Shown here in pieces: positions 1 through 12,860 of a DNA stretch of 64,000 nucleotides; the first letter of the stretch is position 1, and the number at the start of each line of letters is the position of its first letter. The stretch lies in the NCBI RefSeq assembly GCF_006345805.1, contig NC_043007.1, forward strand, positions 23,746,001 to 23,810,000, given 5' to 3'. The notes under the pieces were generated by a model that ran no database searches, had not been told where the DNA came from, and was given only the letters and a program-made list of their open reading frames with translations. The stretch comes from Octopus sinensis. Lineage: Eukaryota. Both the position numbers and the translations under genes were made by a program.

Positions 1-750
1 GCACCTGATAGGATTTCTCAAGATTAGCAAAAATAGATGGTTTTCCTCACCATGAAGCAAACCCCAAAACCAGATAAATTGGATAAAGAATTTTAAAATG
101 TTAGTTGTTAATAGTATTTTTGATAGGTTTGTCTAGAACTTTCTTGATACCCTGCTATGATATGATATTAGATTGATATCGACTTCTTCCATTCTTTTGT
201 CATAATTCTTACAAACTGCGACGTAGAGCTAAATCATACAAAATACTTACAAATAGAAAATTGTTTCTATCATCTCCACTGGGGGTCAACAGTAGGAAGT
301 AGCAGCCATTCATTCATTTGGCATATATCACACTCTTAGAATATGTTGATGTTATCCAACATTCGGTTGCATATCCGTCATGACTAACCAACAATTGTTG
401 AGTTTATATGTGATGTCATCTGTCATCTCCAAGTATTCCTCTTGGTATAATCGAGCAGAATGTTTTGTGTATTCAGTGACATCTGATGTGATTGTAATAT
501 AGTCTGAATTAATCTTGTAACTTTTTATATCTTATTTTAGTTGTCTGTCTCACAATTTTTTGTTTTAGATGAGTTTTGGAGGAAGTTCTGGTTTAATAGA
601 CAAGCAGAATCCATAACCCTTTTGTTGGGTCCACATGATTGGCGAGGAGGAGACGAAGATATGAATTTATTCTTAGACCAGAAACTGATCTGAATTTTTG
701 TGATAGTAAACTTCAATGAAGGCACCCCAAGATGTTAAACAAGGCGATGA
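1..750 (-). mobile_element. possible highly degraded Penelope-like RT remnant
   Basis: Broken-frame peptides (ITKIQ, SCGPNKRVMD, QGIKKVLD, PSIFANLE) loosely follow the PLE RT motif order; many stops and frameshifts. Confidence 0.25.
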
Positions 751-1129
751 AATAAGTCTATGACCTATTTGTGTCAGTACATTCTGTTAATACTAGAACT
801 GGCAATATATTGTGAGATATTGATTTGTTATACCAGGAAAGTTGTCATAGTTTTTAATTTAGCCGTATTTTTTAGTTATGTGTCATTCTATAAAACTTAT
901 ATATTTTCATCTATTTTGAGGTATTTTGTAGTTTTTACGTTCCAAAAGAGGAGTGATAAGACTTAGTGATAATGATGGGAATTTTCTGTAGTCCTTTTTA
1001 AGATTTCTAAGATATAAACATTTTTCTTGTCAAATTCCATTTGGATGATATATGTATATATTGTTACTAGGTCAGGTTGTTTCTTGGTTCCAGTAATATT
1101 TCTCAGATTTTCAGATCAACAAGGGATGG

Positions 1130-1132
<3 letters not shown>

Positions 1133-1183
<51 letters not shown>

Positions 1184-1410
1184 ATGTATGTATGTATATA
1201 CATTGAATTTCAGATCCTATGTAAGGAAGGTTCCCTATGTTGGGTCTGGAACTCGCAGTGGATCGTGAAACTGCATTCTGGTTTGCATGTGTACATATAA
1301 TTTCATATACATGTATATTTGAATGGATGTATATGTTGATTTGTTCATATACTTGTACATGTAAGTGTTGAGATATCCGTATATGCATTGGTATACATGT
1401 GAGCATTTGT
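1133..1410. repeat. (TA)n(CA)n microsatellite followed by degenerate TATG/CATA simple repeat
   Basis: Directly visible. Confidence 0.9.
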
Positions 1411-2450
1411 ATACAGTATAAACATGGCTATGCTAATCTTGACCCAAACTTTGTTCTTGTTTTTAGAATACTCCGATTCAAATGAATCCTACAAATTTAT
1501 GTATATATCATCAAATTTTCCTTGCTGTTGTTGAGGATTGGGGCATATACCCACAGGACTTGACTCAGCAAATGGGCTGTTTCCTAGAATATTTCTTGAG
1601 GGGACTTTAGTGTTTGGATAATTGTTGTGCATACAATGGATGTTTCTAGGTCAAGATTTCCTCGTTTCATTGGCTGCATAATTTATAACAGCAGTCAGTG
1701 AATGAGAAACCGAAAATGAAAAATGTCTTTTTAATAGTCCAATATTATCTAATCTAGCCTCAGAAAGTACCACTTTCTTGAACAGCTGTTCTAAACAGCA
1801 CAACATTTTTATCTCTGCTGCTGCTTTCCTGTTAGTAAATATCTTGTTGGCATCATAACTAGTCTAGGGATAGCTTGTACATGACTTGGCATGTAATAGG
1901 TTTGTGTGGTAAATGTTTTCACTTTTTAGTATTAGGTGGAGCAAACTAGCTCGGTATATTTGATGCTGCTACTTGTATGTGCTTTAAACTTAAGAATCTG
2001 TGATATACAATGTGAATGTCCTACATCAATGTACCTCATATAGCATCTTCAGTCCTCTCAAACATTTGCTGTGTAAATTGTGTATTTGAAGCTAAATATT
2101 TTTTTTTTCTGCACTTACTATTTTCCTTGACATTCTTCTAATTTGAAGCCCTTTCTTGAAAGGACTGCTGAAACCAGGAGAGAACTCCTTTGTGTGTGTG
2201 TACACATATACTCTTTCTCTCTGTGTCTATCATGGCATGTCATTGAATACATTGGAATATTTGTCTATGATCATTAGCTTAAAATCTGTTACTGGTAATT
2301 CTTTTTTCTTAGGACATTTTATTCTACGGTACCTTGGTTCACCTTATTGCTTGGAATAGTGACCAGACTGGTTTGAGGTTGAACACCAATTGTTTCTGTC
2401 TAATTCTTTGTCATTTACTCTGGTTCTGATTATAAGCTATCTGATATTGC
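1410..2450 (-). mobile_element. possible highly degraded non-LTR (RTE-like) RT remnant
   Basis: Broken-frame peptides PKKKE, KGLQIRRMS, LDNIGLL, HKFVGFI, KISIAMF occur in the order expected of RT motifs; weak. Confidence 0.3.
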
Positions 2451-3015
2451 AACTGTATATTCCATGTCAAGCTTGTCTTGTGCTAGGCATTTGCTCCAAA
2501 TGGAAATATTTTTCTGTTGTCACATGAACTGAAATTTAGCTTTTAACATATTCACATCACACACTTATTTTTGTGAGGAAAGTACCTTTACATAAATGAG
2601 CATCATCCTGGCAAGTTTTATGTTCAGTTGATACATATAAGTGAAGTTGACCAAGATAGTGGATAATTGGTTCTGTAGAGTAATACCTCACTTTGCGAGG
2701 ACCTGCTTTACAAGACCTTGGGTTTATGAGTTTTATTTTATAATAAATATAAAAAGGTTAATCAGCCATTTTGTGTGTGTGGCAACACTAGTTCTGACGT
2801 GTTTACACAGCGACAGAATAAAATGATGGCATAAAATTTCATTGCTACTATGGGAAATTATCGCTCTGCTTTACAAGTTTTCGTTTTATGAGCGATCTCT
2901 GGGAACAAATTGCCTTGTATATCAAGGCATTACTGTATATTGTTTACAAAGGACATGGAGGGAAATGAAGTGAATTTAAGTGGGAGACTTGGTTTTATGT
3001 AAAACTTATCACTAT

Positions 3016-3570
3016 AGGTGTAGGGGTGGCTGTGTGGTAAGGAGTTTGCAATCTACTTGCTACAGCAGTACTTATTCTAAAATTGGAATGATACAAAGAA
3101 GATTAGCATGGCCCCTGCGCAGGGATGACACGCAAATTCATGAAGCGTTCCATATTTTTAAAATAAAGAAATTAGAAGTTTGCTATCTAACCATATGGTT
3201 TTGGGCTCAGTCCCACCATGTGACACCCTAGACAAATATTTTTTACTATAACCCCAGGCCATCTAAAGCCTTGTGAATGAATTTGATAGACCAAACTGAA
3301 AGGACCTTGTTAACTGTGTGTGTCTAGTGTGTGTGGATGTCTCCTTGTCTTTATTTGTGTGATAGTTGTAAACCAATGTTATTGTTATGTATGTGGTGTC
3401 CTTCATTTCCAATCTTTTGCGAAAACCTGTTTGGTCACAGAGAGTTATTACCTTATCTGAAATCAGGTGATTGGCAATACAAAGGACACTACAACTGTAG
3501 AAAACCTGCCTCAGCAAATCTTGTCCAATGCATATGAGCATGGAAAAGTGAATGTTAAAATGATGATATA
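3016..3570 (+). mobile_element. SINE family A' (family A tRNA-like head, D-like (GAT)n tail), interrupted by the U6 copy
   Basis: Head ggtgtaggggtggctgtgtggtaag resumes after U6; ends ...gcatggaaaagtgaatgttaaaatgatgat. Confidence 0.75.
3056..3159 (+). pseudogene. U6: U6 snRNA retrocopy (processed pseudogene)
   Basis: 3081-3159 differs from canonical U6 at 4 of 79 nt, including ACAGAGA box -> ACAAAGA; A-rich tail 3160-3176; 13-bp TSD agtttgc(a/t)atcta at 3043-3055 and 3177-3189. Confidence 0.92.
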
Positions 3571-3738
3571 TGGTACAAGCCAGTTTATTAACTTTCCCTG
3601 TTGTGCTCTCCAGGAGATGTTGTCCTTATTGCCAAAGAACTTTTATTTCTTCTTTAGAACTAAATTTTTGTTTTAAAATGCCTAAATCCTTTTATTGTAG
3701 GCTAGCATTGCTCATCTTCAGGTACTGATGTCCTGGAT

Positions 3739-3825
3739 CAGTGGTTCTTAACTGGGGTTGATATGGCTCTTGAGTGGGGTCCATATAAGTTATTGTTAAA
3801 ATTTATGTGCAATAAACTGGTTATG
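3739..3825 (+). mobile_element. hAT-type MITE left end (family of 17418-17672)
   Basis: cagtggttcttaac TIR and shared ttgttaaaatttatgtgcaa segment. Confidence 0.55.
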
Positions 3826-4689
3826 AAACTGATGTTTCCTTTGTGGTAATCCAGTGTTAAGCAGAAGGAAAAATTGAAGTACTTTTTTTATTATTTATTG
3901 TATTGTAAAACCTTCCAAAAGTATTTTAGAACATACTGCATATTAGAATGCTTTGTCTAGCAAATACTAAATCTTTTCAGCCAGTTGGCATTCTGAGTAT
4001 CTCTTTTGCAGTTTATGACCAAACTGTATTGTGATTTAGGCCTCCTGGTGCCAGTTATTTATTTTTGGGATATTTCTTAATGTTCTTGGTTGACAGTAGT
4101 CTCCAGAATTACTTGTAAATTGACCAAGTTATTATTACTAAGATTTCAAACAGGAGAATAACTGTTATGCTTTGAAAAGGTGGGGAAAAAATCTAATGTT
4201 ACTGGCAGAAGCAATTCATTTGAGGGAGATGAAATGTCTAATGTATTACTGTTCGCTATTTCAACTCTCTCTCTCTCTCTCTGAAAGGTTCTGTCTGAAA
4301 TATTTGACTTCCGATCTAATCTTCTCATGTAATTTATTCTTGTTTGAACTCTTTATATTACTATTTGTATCTTGAGCTTCTATTATTTTGCTTCTTTATT
4401 ATCACTAAATATTTGGAAGTAATATAGGTAGATCATATTAAAACTAAATATATTTTTTTAATTAAGATTTGAATATTTGTATAGTAATGACACTGCTAAA
4501 TCAACAGAAAGCTAGTTTACTACCTGAAGGGCCAATATTTTGTAGCTGGTCATCTGCCACTGAACTGCTTATGACTAAGACACTTAATTCTTAATGACTC
4601 GGTCTACCTGTGTGTGGAGGAAGCAGTGCAGCCCATTACTGCAGGCAGTAGGAGTATTGTATAATTGAATAACCTTTTAGCTTAGAATC

Positions 4690-5065
4690 ATTGTCATTGA
4701 ATGTGTATGGGACAGACAAAATTTGTTGAGGCAGATTTTCTATGGCAAGATGCCCTTTCTCTTGTCAACTCTTTACCTGTTTCCAAGCAAAGTAATATTT
4801 CTCCTTGGCTTGACACATTTTTTATGAAAGACTAGAAGCAAACATTGCTTGTATGATGGTAACACTTGTTTACAACTATCACTTAATGTCTAGACAAGGA
4901 GATATGCTCGAGCGTGTGGCGGGCTTCTTTTCAGTTTCCATTTGCCAAATATACTCACAAAGCTTTGGTTGGTCAAGGGCTGTAGTAGAAGACATTTGTC
5001 CACAGTGAACCTGAAACCATGGCATTGTGAAACAAGCTTCTTAACTACACAGCTACATCTGTGCC
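4690..5065 (-). mobile_element. SINE family A', degraded
   Basis: Matches 32687-33118 along body and head. Confidence 0.65.
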
Positions 5066-6137
5066 TAAAACCATGTTTTTATGGATCTGGGGCCTCTGTG
5101 AGGTTTTGAAAGCTCTTGGATCTGTATCTGGAAAGTTCCTCTTGAAGGTGTTCTTTTATGTGTTTGTCATTTGACTGTGGGCATAATGGAGCACTGCCTT
5201 GAAGGGTGATTTTTAAAATTTTTATGGAAGGCTAGTAGTGCCTGAAGATTTGCACAAGGCTGGTAAGGTTCTGAACGTTGCTGCTGCACTCTCATTCATC
5301 TGTATACTAACATCTTCCTGCCTCTGTTTCATCCACCCAGACACAGGACATGGTTGTGTAGTTAAGAAATTTGGTTTGCAAATACGTTGTCTTGGGTTCA
5401 GTTCTACTGTGTGGCACTATGAACAAGTGTCTTTTGTGACCCTGGGTCAATTCCTGTGTTGTATTGACATTTGTATCTCCCTGCTTGACAACTGATATGG
5501 GTTTGTTTGTATGTTTGGAACGTAGCTGTTTGGCAAAAAGAGATTGATAGAATAAGTACCAGATTTATAGGTGCTGGGGTTACTTTGATCCATTAAAATC
5601 CTTCAAGGTCGTCCTCCAACAGTGCTGATGCCTAATCATTGAACTAGTATAAGAGTATATCTTGATAAGGAATGCTATGGTTTCAATATTTTTATTTTGT
5701 TCCTAATTGTTGCAGTGGGATCCAACAGATGCCAGCATAGAAAAACACATTTAAGATGAGGACAACAAAATAATACAGATCACAAGAGTTTTATTTATAC
5801 CACATGTAGTTTGAGATCATTTCTTTTATTTGTCCTCCAAGCCCACTTGTGTGGGAATGAGTCTCCCTGGTATGAACTAACAGGATTGTATTTGTCTCAC
5901 TAATGGAAAGCAATTGGATTTTATTTTTTTTATCTAATTCTAATATGGATTTAAACAGTAGGAACCATCTAAGATATTTGAATAGTTGCTCTCATAAAGT
6001 GAAGCTTATTATTTTGTAGAATGGATGGCTGTTGTTTTGTCCCAGTTCAACGCTGAGAGAGTAAACATATGGTTCAAGCTATTATGATTAGTCTTTTTAG
6101 GAGTATCTAGAATGACATCAATATTTTTTTTAAACTA

Positions 6138-6252
6138 GAAACACTGCCAGATCAGACTGGGCCTGATGCAGCCTTCTGGCTTCACAGACCCCAATTGAAC
6201 CGGCCAACCCATGCTAGCATGGAAAGCGGACGCTAAATGATGATGATGTGAT
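6138..6252 (+). mobile_element. family D retroposon, short 3' stub with (GAT)n tail
   Basis: ccaacccatgctagcatggaaagcggacgctaaatgatgatgatg. Confidence 0.85.
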
Positions 6253-6536
6253 TCGTGGGAGATTTTGCTGTTATGTCTAGCATGTATAGTTGATCCTTTG
6301 AGCGATTTGTAACATATTGTCAAAGTCTGAAATAGATTTGTAGGCATTAGAGGTTTATATAATGAAACTAGAAGACAAACTAGTTACTTATGAAGTCCTT
6401 TGTGATATTTGTTCTACATCACACTACAGATGTAGAACACTCCCTTGTCACTCCTGTTACTAGGAATGCAGGGAACTAGTAATTGTTCTGTTGGGAACTT
6501 GTAACCAACAACTCATCTATATATATATATATATAT

Positions 6537-6925
6537 TACTCTTTTATTCTTTTACTCGTTTCAGTCGTGTGACTGTGGCCATGCTGGAGCACCACCTTTA
6601 GTTGAGCAAATTGACTCCAGGACTTATTCTTTGTAAGCCTAGTACTTATTCTATCGGTTTCTTTTGCCGACCGCTAAGTTATGGGGATGTAAACACACCA
6701 GCATCGGTTGTCAAGCGATGTTGCGGGGACAAACACAGATACACACACACACATACATATATATGACGGGCTTCTTTCAGTTTTCCGTCTACCAAATCCA
6801 CTCACAAGGATTTGGTCGGCCTGAGGCTATAGTAAAAGACACTTGGCCAAGGTGCCACGCAGTGGGACTGAACCCGGAACCATATAGTTGGTAAGCAAGC
6901 TACTTACCACAGCCACTCCTGCGTC
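6537..6925 (-). mobile_element. SINE family A, full length
   Basis: tRNA-like head with A-box TGGCTGTGGT and B-box GGTTCAGTCCC, central (TG/TA)n, tail tgaaacgagtaaaagaataaaagagta. Confidence 0.9.
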
Positions 6926-6933
6926 TATATATG

Positions 6934-7189
6934 TGCCGGTGGCACATAAAATACACCAATCTGACCGTGGCCGTTGCCAGCCTCGCCTGGCACCTGTGCA
7001 GGTGGCACGTAAAAAGCACCCACTACACTCACGGAGTGGTTGGCGTTAGGAAGGGCATCCAGCTGTAGAAACATTGCCAGATTAGACTGGAGCCTGGTGC
7101 AGCCTTCTGGTATCCCAGAACCCCGGTCGAACCGTCCAACCCATGCTAGCATGGAGAACGGACGTTAAACGATGATGATGATGATGATG
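6934..7189 (+). mobile_element. family D retroposon (about 2 array units, (GAT)n tail)
   Basis: gtggcac(a/g)taaaaagcacc units, then tggttggcgttaggaagggcatccagctgtagaaac...ttaaacgatgatgatg. Confidence 0.9.
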
Positions 7190-7191
7190 AT

Positions 7192-7460
7192 ATGTGAAGG
7201 CCTAGTGGTTAGGGTATTGCACTCAATCACTAGCTCATAAGTTTCAATTTCCAGCCTAGTTGGGGCTTTGTGTTCTTGAGCAAAATACTTCATTTCATGG
7301 TGCTCCACTCCACTTGGTGATAAATGGGTAAGCCTGAGATGGAATGTTAGCCTGCCTGTCTAGCCAGCCGGTGGCGTCATTTGAATGCTACAAGAAAGCA
7401 AGGAAGCACATTGCGACCAGTAGTGTATAACAACATCTGATAGTCTTTTTGATGGTGATT
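7192..7460 (+). mobile_element. SINE family C (tRNA-like head, CORE-like centre)
   Basis: ggcctagtggttagggt head; tgtgttcttgagcaaaatacttcatttc...ccactcc centre; matches 56184-56435. Confidence 0.75.
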
Positions 7461-8022
7461 GATATATATAAATATCAAACATTAATAAAGAAGGCATTTA
7501 AATTCTGCCACCACTGATGGTTGTAGAATTTGCTTGCTTCAGCTCACTCTACAGTTTCAGTGTCTGTAATTCTTATGTGAATCTTACATAAGCGAACTCG
7601 GTCATTGACCTATCAATCATCAGCACCCAGCTACAGAACAATTCCCTATTTTTGTACCTAATATTAATTTTCTTGTCTATTTTGCAGTCTTATTACACAG
7701 CTGTTATTAGATCACGCACGTTTCATAGGTCAACTACCTGAAATGGTTTCACTACCCATAGCTATTATGTTTGTGGTTTAAGTGTCATGTCCCCTTTATC
7801 AGAGAATGTGGCACTCTCCTAAATTTTAAATATTAACAATTCTTGTCATTTCACTTATGATTAGTGTTCTTGCCCTTATTGGTCAGGTCACCTATCCTGT
7901 GTCAGCAGTTACACCTATCATTAGCCTTTGACACAAGGTGACTTGTGGTTTTGGAAGTTTTAAGACTGTCATTTTAGCTTCAGTCTGTATACTTTATACT
8001 CTCAGTAATTGTATATTTTAAT

Positions 8023-8434
8023 AACTCTTTTACTTGTTTCAATCATTCGACTGTGGCCATCCTGGAGCACCGCCTTTTAGTCGAGCAAATCGACCCCAGG
8101 ACTTATTCTTTGTAAGCCTTGTACTTATTCTGTTGGTCTCTTTTGCTGAACCAATAAGTTGCGGGGACGCAAACACACCAGCATTGGTTATCAAGCGATG
8201 TTGGGGGGAGGGGGACAAACATAGCCACACAAACATACACATACACACACATACACACATACGCATATATACGACGGGCTTCTTTCAGTTTCCGTCTACC
8301 AAATCCACTCACAAGGCTTTGGTCAGCCTGAGGCTATAGTAGAAGACACTTGTCCAAGGTGCCATGCAGTGGGACTGAACCCGGAACCAAGTCGTTTGTA
8401 AGCAAGCTACTTACCACACAGCCACTTCTACACC
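8023..8434 (-). mobile_element. SINE family A, full length
   Basis: Near-identical to 6537-6925. Confidence 0.9.
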
Positions 8435-11400
8435 TAGGATATAAAATTTCTATCACCAACTTTTTTTTTTAATCTTTTATCTATGGCCTAAACCTTCATC
8501 TTGTTTCTAGGATATATAACTTTTAAGGTTTTCTATTTTCTTAATAGAATAAAGCAGCTGCTGTTATTGCTACAAGTTAAAACAATTTAAAGCAAACTGA
8601 TTGTGCAGGTCATCGTTTCTACATCAAATTTTTAAAAATTCAACAAAAAAATATTTTTTTTTGGTAAAGGTTGGATGAATCTACATTCTATGCAACTCAG
8701 TCTTATGTTATTTTTATCTCTGAGGGGCCCAAAGGGCTCAGGATTGAGTAAACTACTTTTCACCTGTATAGGAAGACGGTACATTCAAATAAGAACTGAT
8801 ATAGAATAGAGGGTCGTTTTTACTCCTGCATGGATTAGACTGCCTCTCTACTAATGGTAGTATTATAAAATGTTTCACTGTAAAGTATTTGGTGATAGGA
8901 AGAAATCTAGTCGTAGAAGTGATGCCAATAAAATGGAATATTTAAGCAAGATGTGTATTCCACAAGGCTTATTGCAGGCTAGAAGAAAGAATAAGTGAAA
9001 AAAATAAGCCATGGGCTTGGGCTGAGAATTCAAACCTGTTGGACATTGGTTGCATATCCTTCTATACTACTACTGCTGCTGAACATTTTTTAGTACATGA
9101 AAGATATATAAACATACATATATACACATAAAACAGTTTATATTTCACTATTTTTAAAATTACTTTTGTTTAAAAAAAACTTATTAAATAAGATTAAAGA
9201 TTCAAAAATATTAAAATGGTCGTTTAAAACTCCTTGAATTATACAGCTTATTGTTTCAAGATTTTATTTTTAAACACTCTACTAGTCTTCATTCCAGGGC
9301 AGTGGTCTTAGCTGAAGTGTTTACTGCTGATACTGGTGACATTAGCTACTTTATTTGAGAGTAATTACATGAACAATAATGAAAATATTTAGCTTGAACT
9401 TGTTTCTACTTAGCGTTTACCTCATTGAGATGTCAGCTGAGTGTGTTTATGTAACTTGTTTTAATTTGGCTAATGAGTAAAGATTTCAGTTAGAAATGTT
9501 TTAGAAATAATCTACCACCTGTTAGGACCTTAATCACTAATTCCTTTCTGCTATCGGCACAAGGCCTGTAATTTTGGTGGAGGGGGCTTGTTGATTACAC
9601 TGACCCCTGTGCGTGACTGGTGCTTATTTTGGCAGCAAATTCAACCTCTGTGGAATTTGAACTCAGAACATACAGATACAATACTTTACAGGAGTTTGTC
9701 CTGCTTGCTAATGATTCTTCCACTTTAATCACTAATTAATCAAAAAATATAAATAGGTGGTTTAGAAGAAAAATGATAGGCAAAATTTAGCAGTTTGATA
9801 TATTTTACTTGTAAAAATTGAGCTTAATACATTTGTGTTTCATTTCACATCTTTCACCAATACTCCTAGCAAAAGTATTAGTATCACAACTTCTTTCCTT
9901 CCTCAGATATAGTCTAGATCAAACCAGAATCAGGGCAGTTTTACTGATAAAATCAAATCTACTTGCATTATATAGATACAAGGGTTTCATTGACAGTGCT
10001 TTCCTCTCACTTTTCTTAGAGTTGATCATGTAAGATAAATCTCCCTCTGAGTAGAAAGACCTATCTGTTGTCATGTTGCCAAGGAGATACATTTTTTTGG
10101 AAGAATCTGATGCTTTTTCCTGACAACTAGATAATACTATGGGAATATTTAATTCAGCTTATCATTACCAAGAACACATTGTTTGTGATGAATTTGAACT
10201 TGTGATTTCCCTTCAGCTGGACAACATACTGTTCATTTAATGAAGGAGTTGCTAATTATTCTAAATGTGTTCTTTATTAAGTTGAGAAATGATATAACCT
10301 TGTCAGCATCACTATTTCATACTTGCATGCATCATACGGAATTTATCAAGAGAGATTTTCTATTGTTAGATGCCCTTCTTATTGCCAAGTAAGTCAATAT
10401 TTCCTCATGGTTGGACAGGTTTTAACAGTGGATTAGAAACAAGGCATTGCTTATGTGACAGGTGGTATTTATCCACATGTCTCACATGTCAGGGGACAAG
10501 GGGACACAAACACAAATGCACACCCACACGACAGGCTTCTTTCTGCTCTGGTCAGCCTTAGGCTTTTGTAGGAAACACTTGCTCAAGTGTCACTGTATAC
10601 CATATGGGAAAATGTCTTTTACTGTAGTTCTGAGCCAACCAAAGCTGAAAGAACTTGAAACCACATGGCCAGGAGACAAACCTCTTGAATATTTTTATAT
10701 CAGATCTCCAGTTGTATATGTTTGTTTTTACTTCTTTTGATGAGGCACAATGCATGAGATGAAGATTCTAGTTTGATAGGTCAGGAGATTCCTGTAGCTA
10801 TTGTATCATGCCTTAGTTTACTTGCTCACAAGTAAGTTTCTTTTCTGTTTTCCTGTTTCATAGATGATTTGTATCACAAGAGGTAATGCCACTATAACAT
10901 CAGTTTCTCTGACACATTAGACTTTGCACCTTTCCATTGGCTGGAAAGCACTATATAATTATGTCATACCTTTTGTGTATTGTTTATGAAACTAAATACA
11001 TTATGATCTGATTTAACTACTTCATATTTAGTCTAATTGGCTTAACTTTTACTTCTTTTATGCTCTGTAATCTACATCAACATAACATTTATTGTTTCTG
11101 AATATATTGTTGTTTCCTTTATGGATTTAACTTTTGCTCTATTCTCAATAGAATATTTATTTATTGATTAGATTCGGGAATACCTTATGTATGATCTTGA
11201 CATTTTTTATATATGGTTTTAACATTTTAAAATAATTTTAACCTTTGTTTTTTTTTCATTGTACTGACTCTATCAAATGATGACTTCATTTATCAGAAGT
11301 CTGAATTTGTTTTATTCATTCTTTTCTCATTCTCATGCAAACAAAAATTCATCACTTTAAGCCTTATGTAGCAGGTTTAATCTCTACTTGGTTTAAGACT

Positions 11401-12012
11401 ACCACCTTGTAGTCTAGTCCCGAAGGCTTGTAACAAAGTGGACTCTGCTAAAAGCACCTCGGTATATGAATATCATTCTCCCACTAGTCTGAGAGTGCCC
11501 TACAAAGGGTCATGTACACTACCCATCCTCCTTTGACTAAGCTGTAAATAAATTACAAAAAGGGGCTTTTTGTGTGGTTGTTTACGTTGCTGAAAATAAC
11601 CAAACCTTCCTGAAAAAAAAAAGATCTGGTTGTAGCTGAAACACTTTGATCATAGACCTGCTCAACTATAACTGGCCTTGGGTTAAACAAACAATGCATA
11701 TATATTCACTTGAGGAAGTATGAAAGATTTAATGTGGTTTTTTCCCTATTAACTATTTTGTAAACACTAAACATAGTCACAAAGTAAACCGAGCCTCATT
11801 CTAAATGTCACTTTACACACCTAGTTTAGCCAAGAATGTTGAGATAGGCCAATTTGAATACATTCGCTGTTTTCTATTTTAGGCAGTGACTGGATGGAAG
11901 TTCCATATGAAATGGTGGAAGTAAAAACTTTAATTTCACCCTCTATCAGCTTATTCATCATACAATGATTATCTGAATGCGCTGACCATGGGTTTCATTC
12001 TGTTTACATTCC

Positions 12013-12257
12013 TACTCTTTTTATACTTTACTCTTTTACTTGTTTCAGTCATTTGACTGTAGCCGTGCTGGAGCAACAGTTTTAGTCGAGCAAATCAACT
12101 CCAGGACTTATTCTTTGTAAGCCTAGTACTTATTCTATCGGTCTCTCTTGTTGAACTGCTAAGTAACGGGGACGTAAACACACCAGCATTGGTTGTCAAG
12201 CGATGTTTGGGGGACAAACACACACAAATGTATACACACACACACACGCACGCACGT

Positions 12258-12291
<34 letters not shown>

Positions 12292-12450
12292 CTGGCTTCT
12301 TTCAGTTTCCGTCTTCCAAATCCACTCAAAGGCTTTGGTCAGCCCGATGCTATAGTAGAAGACACTTTCCCAAGGTGCCATGCAGTGGGACTGAACCCAG
12401 AACCATGTGGTTAGTAAGCAAGCTACTTACCACACAGCCTCTCCTGCACC
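12013..12450 (-). mobile_element. SINE family A, full length with long (CA)n centre
   Basis: Near-identical to 6537-6925. Confidence 0.9.
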
Positions 12451-12860
12451 TATTTGTATCACAAATATTTTGTGATATTTCATTGGAAAAGTTTGCTGTT
12501 AATCTCCTACCATAGTTAAGAAGCTTGTTTCCCAACTATATGGTCTTGATTACAGTCTCAATTTATCGGTTACTTACCAGTCAATTGCATTTTAGTGCCA
12601 AATTTTTATCCTAACTAAAACAGAATCAAGTTGGTCAAAAAGTACTAAATACTATCTCTTAGAGAGGAATATGCAACCCTATTTGCACCATTAAACGTTA
12701 GTAAATTTAGACCATAAAAGTTGAGTGTTAAAAAGACCATATCTAGGTCAAAGTATGGCAGATAATGGTGGCTGGGAGGGAATACTGAAGTTTATGTAAA
12801 GTCAGATTCTACATGGCACTTTCAAATATTTACAGGTTGAAAAAATACTGGAGAAGACAA

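Noticed and set aside
3056-3159. Functional U6 snRNA gene
   Set aside because: ACAGAGA box mutated, first bases missing, TSD and A-rich tail present, and it sits inside a SINE rather than downstream of a U6 promoter.
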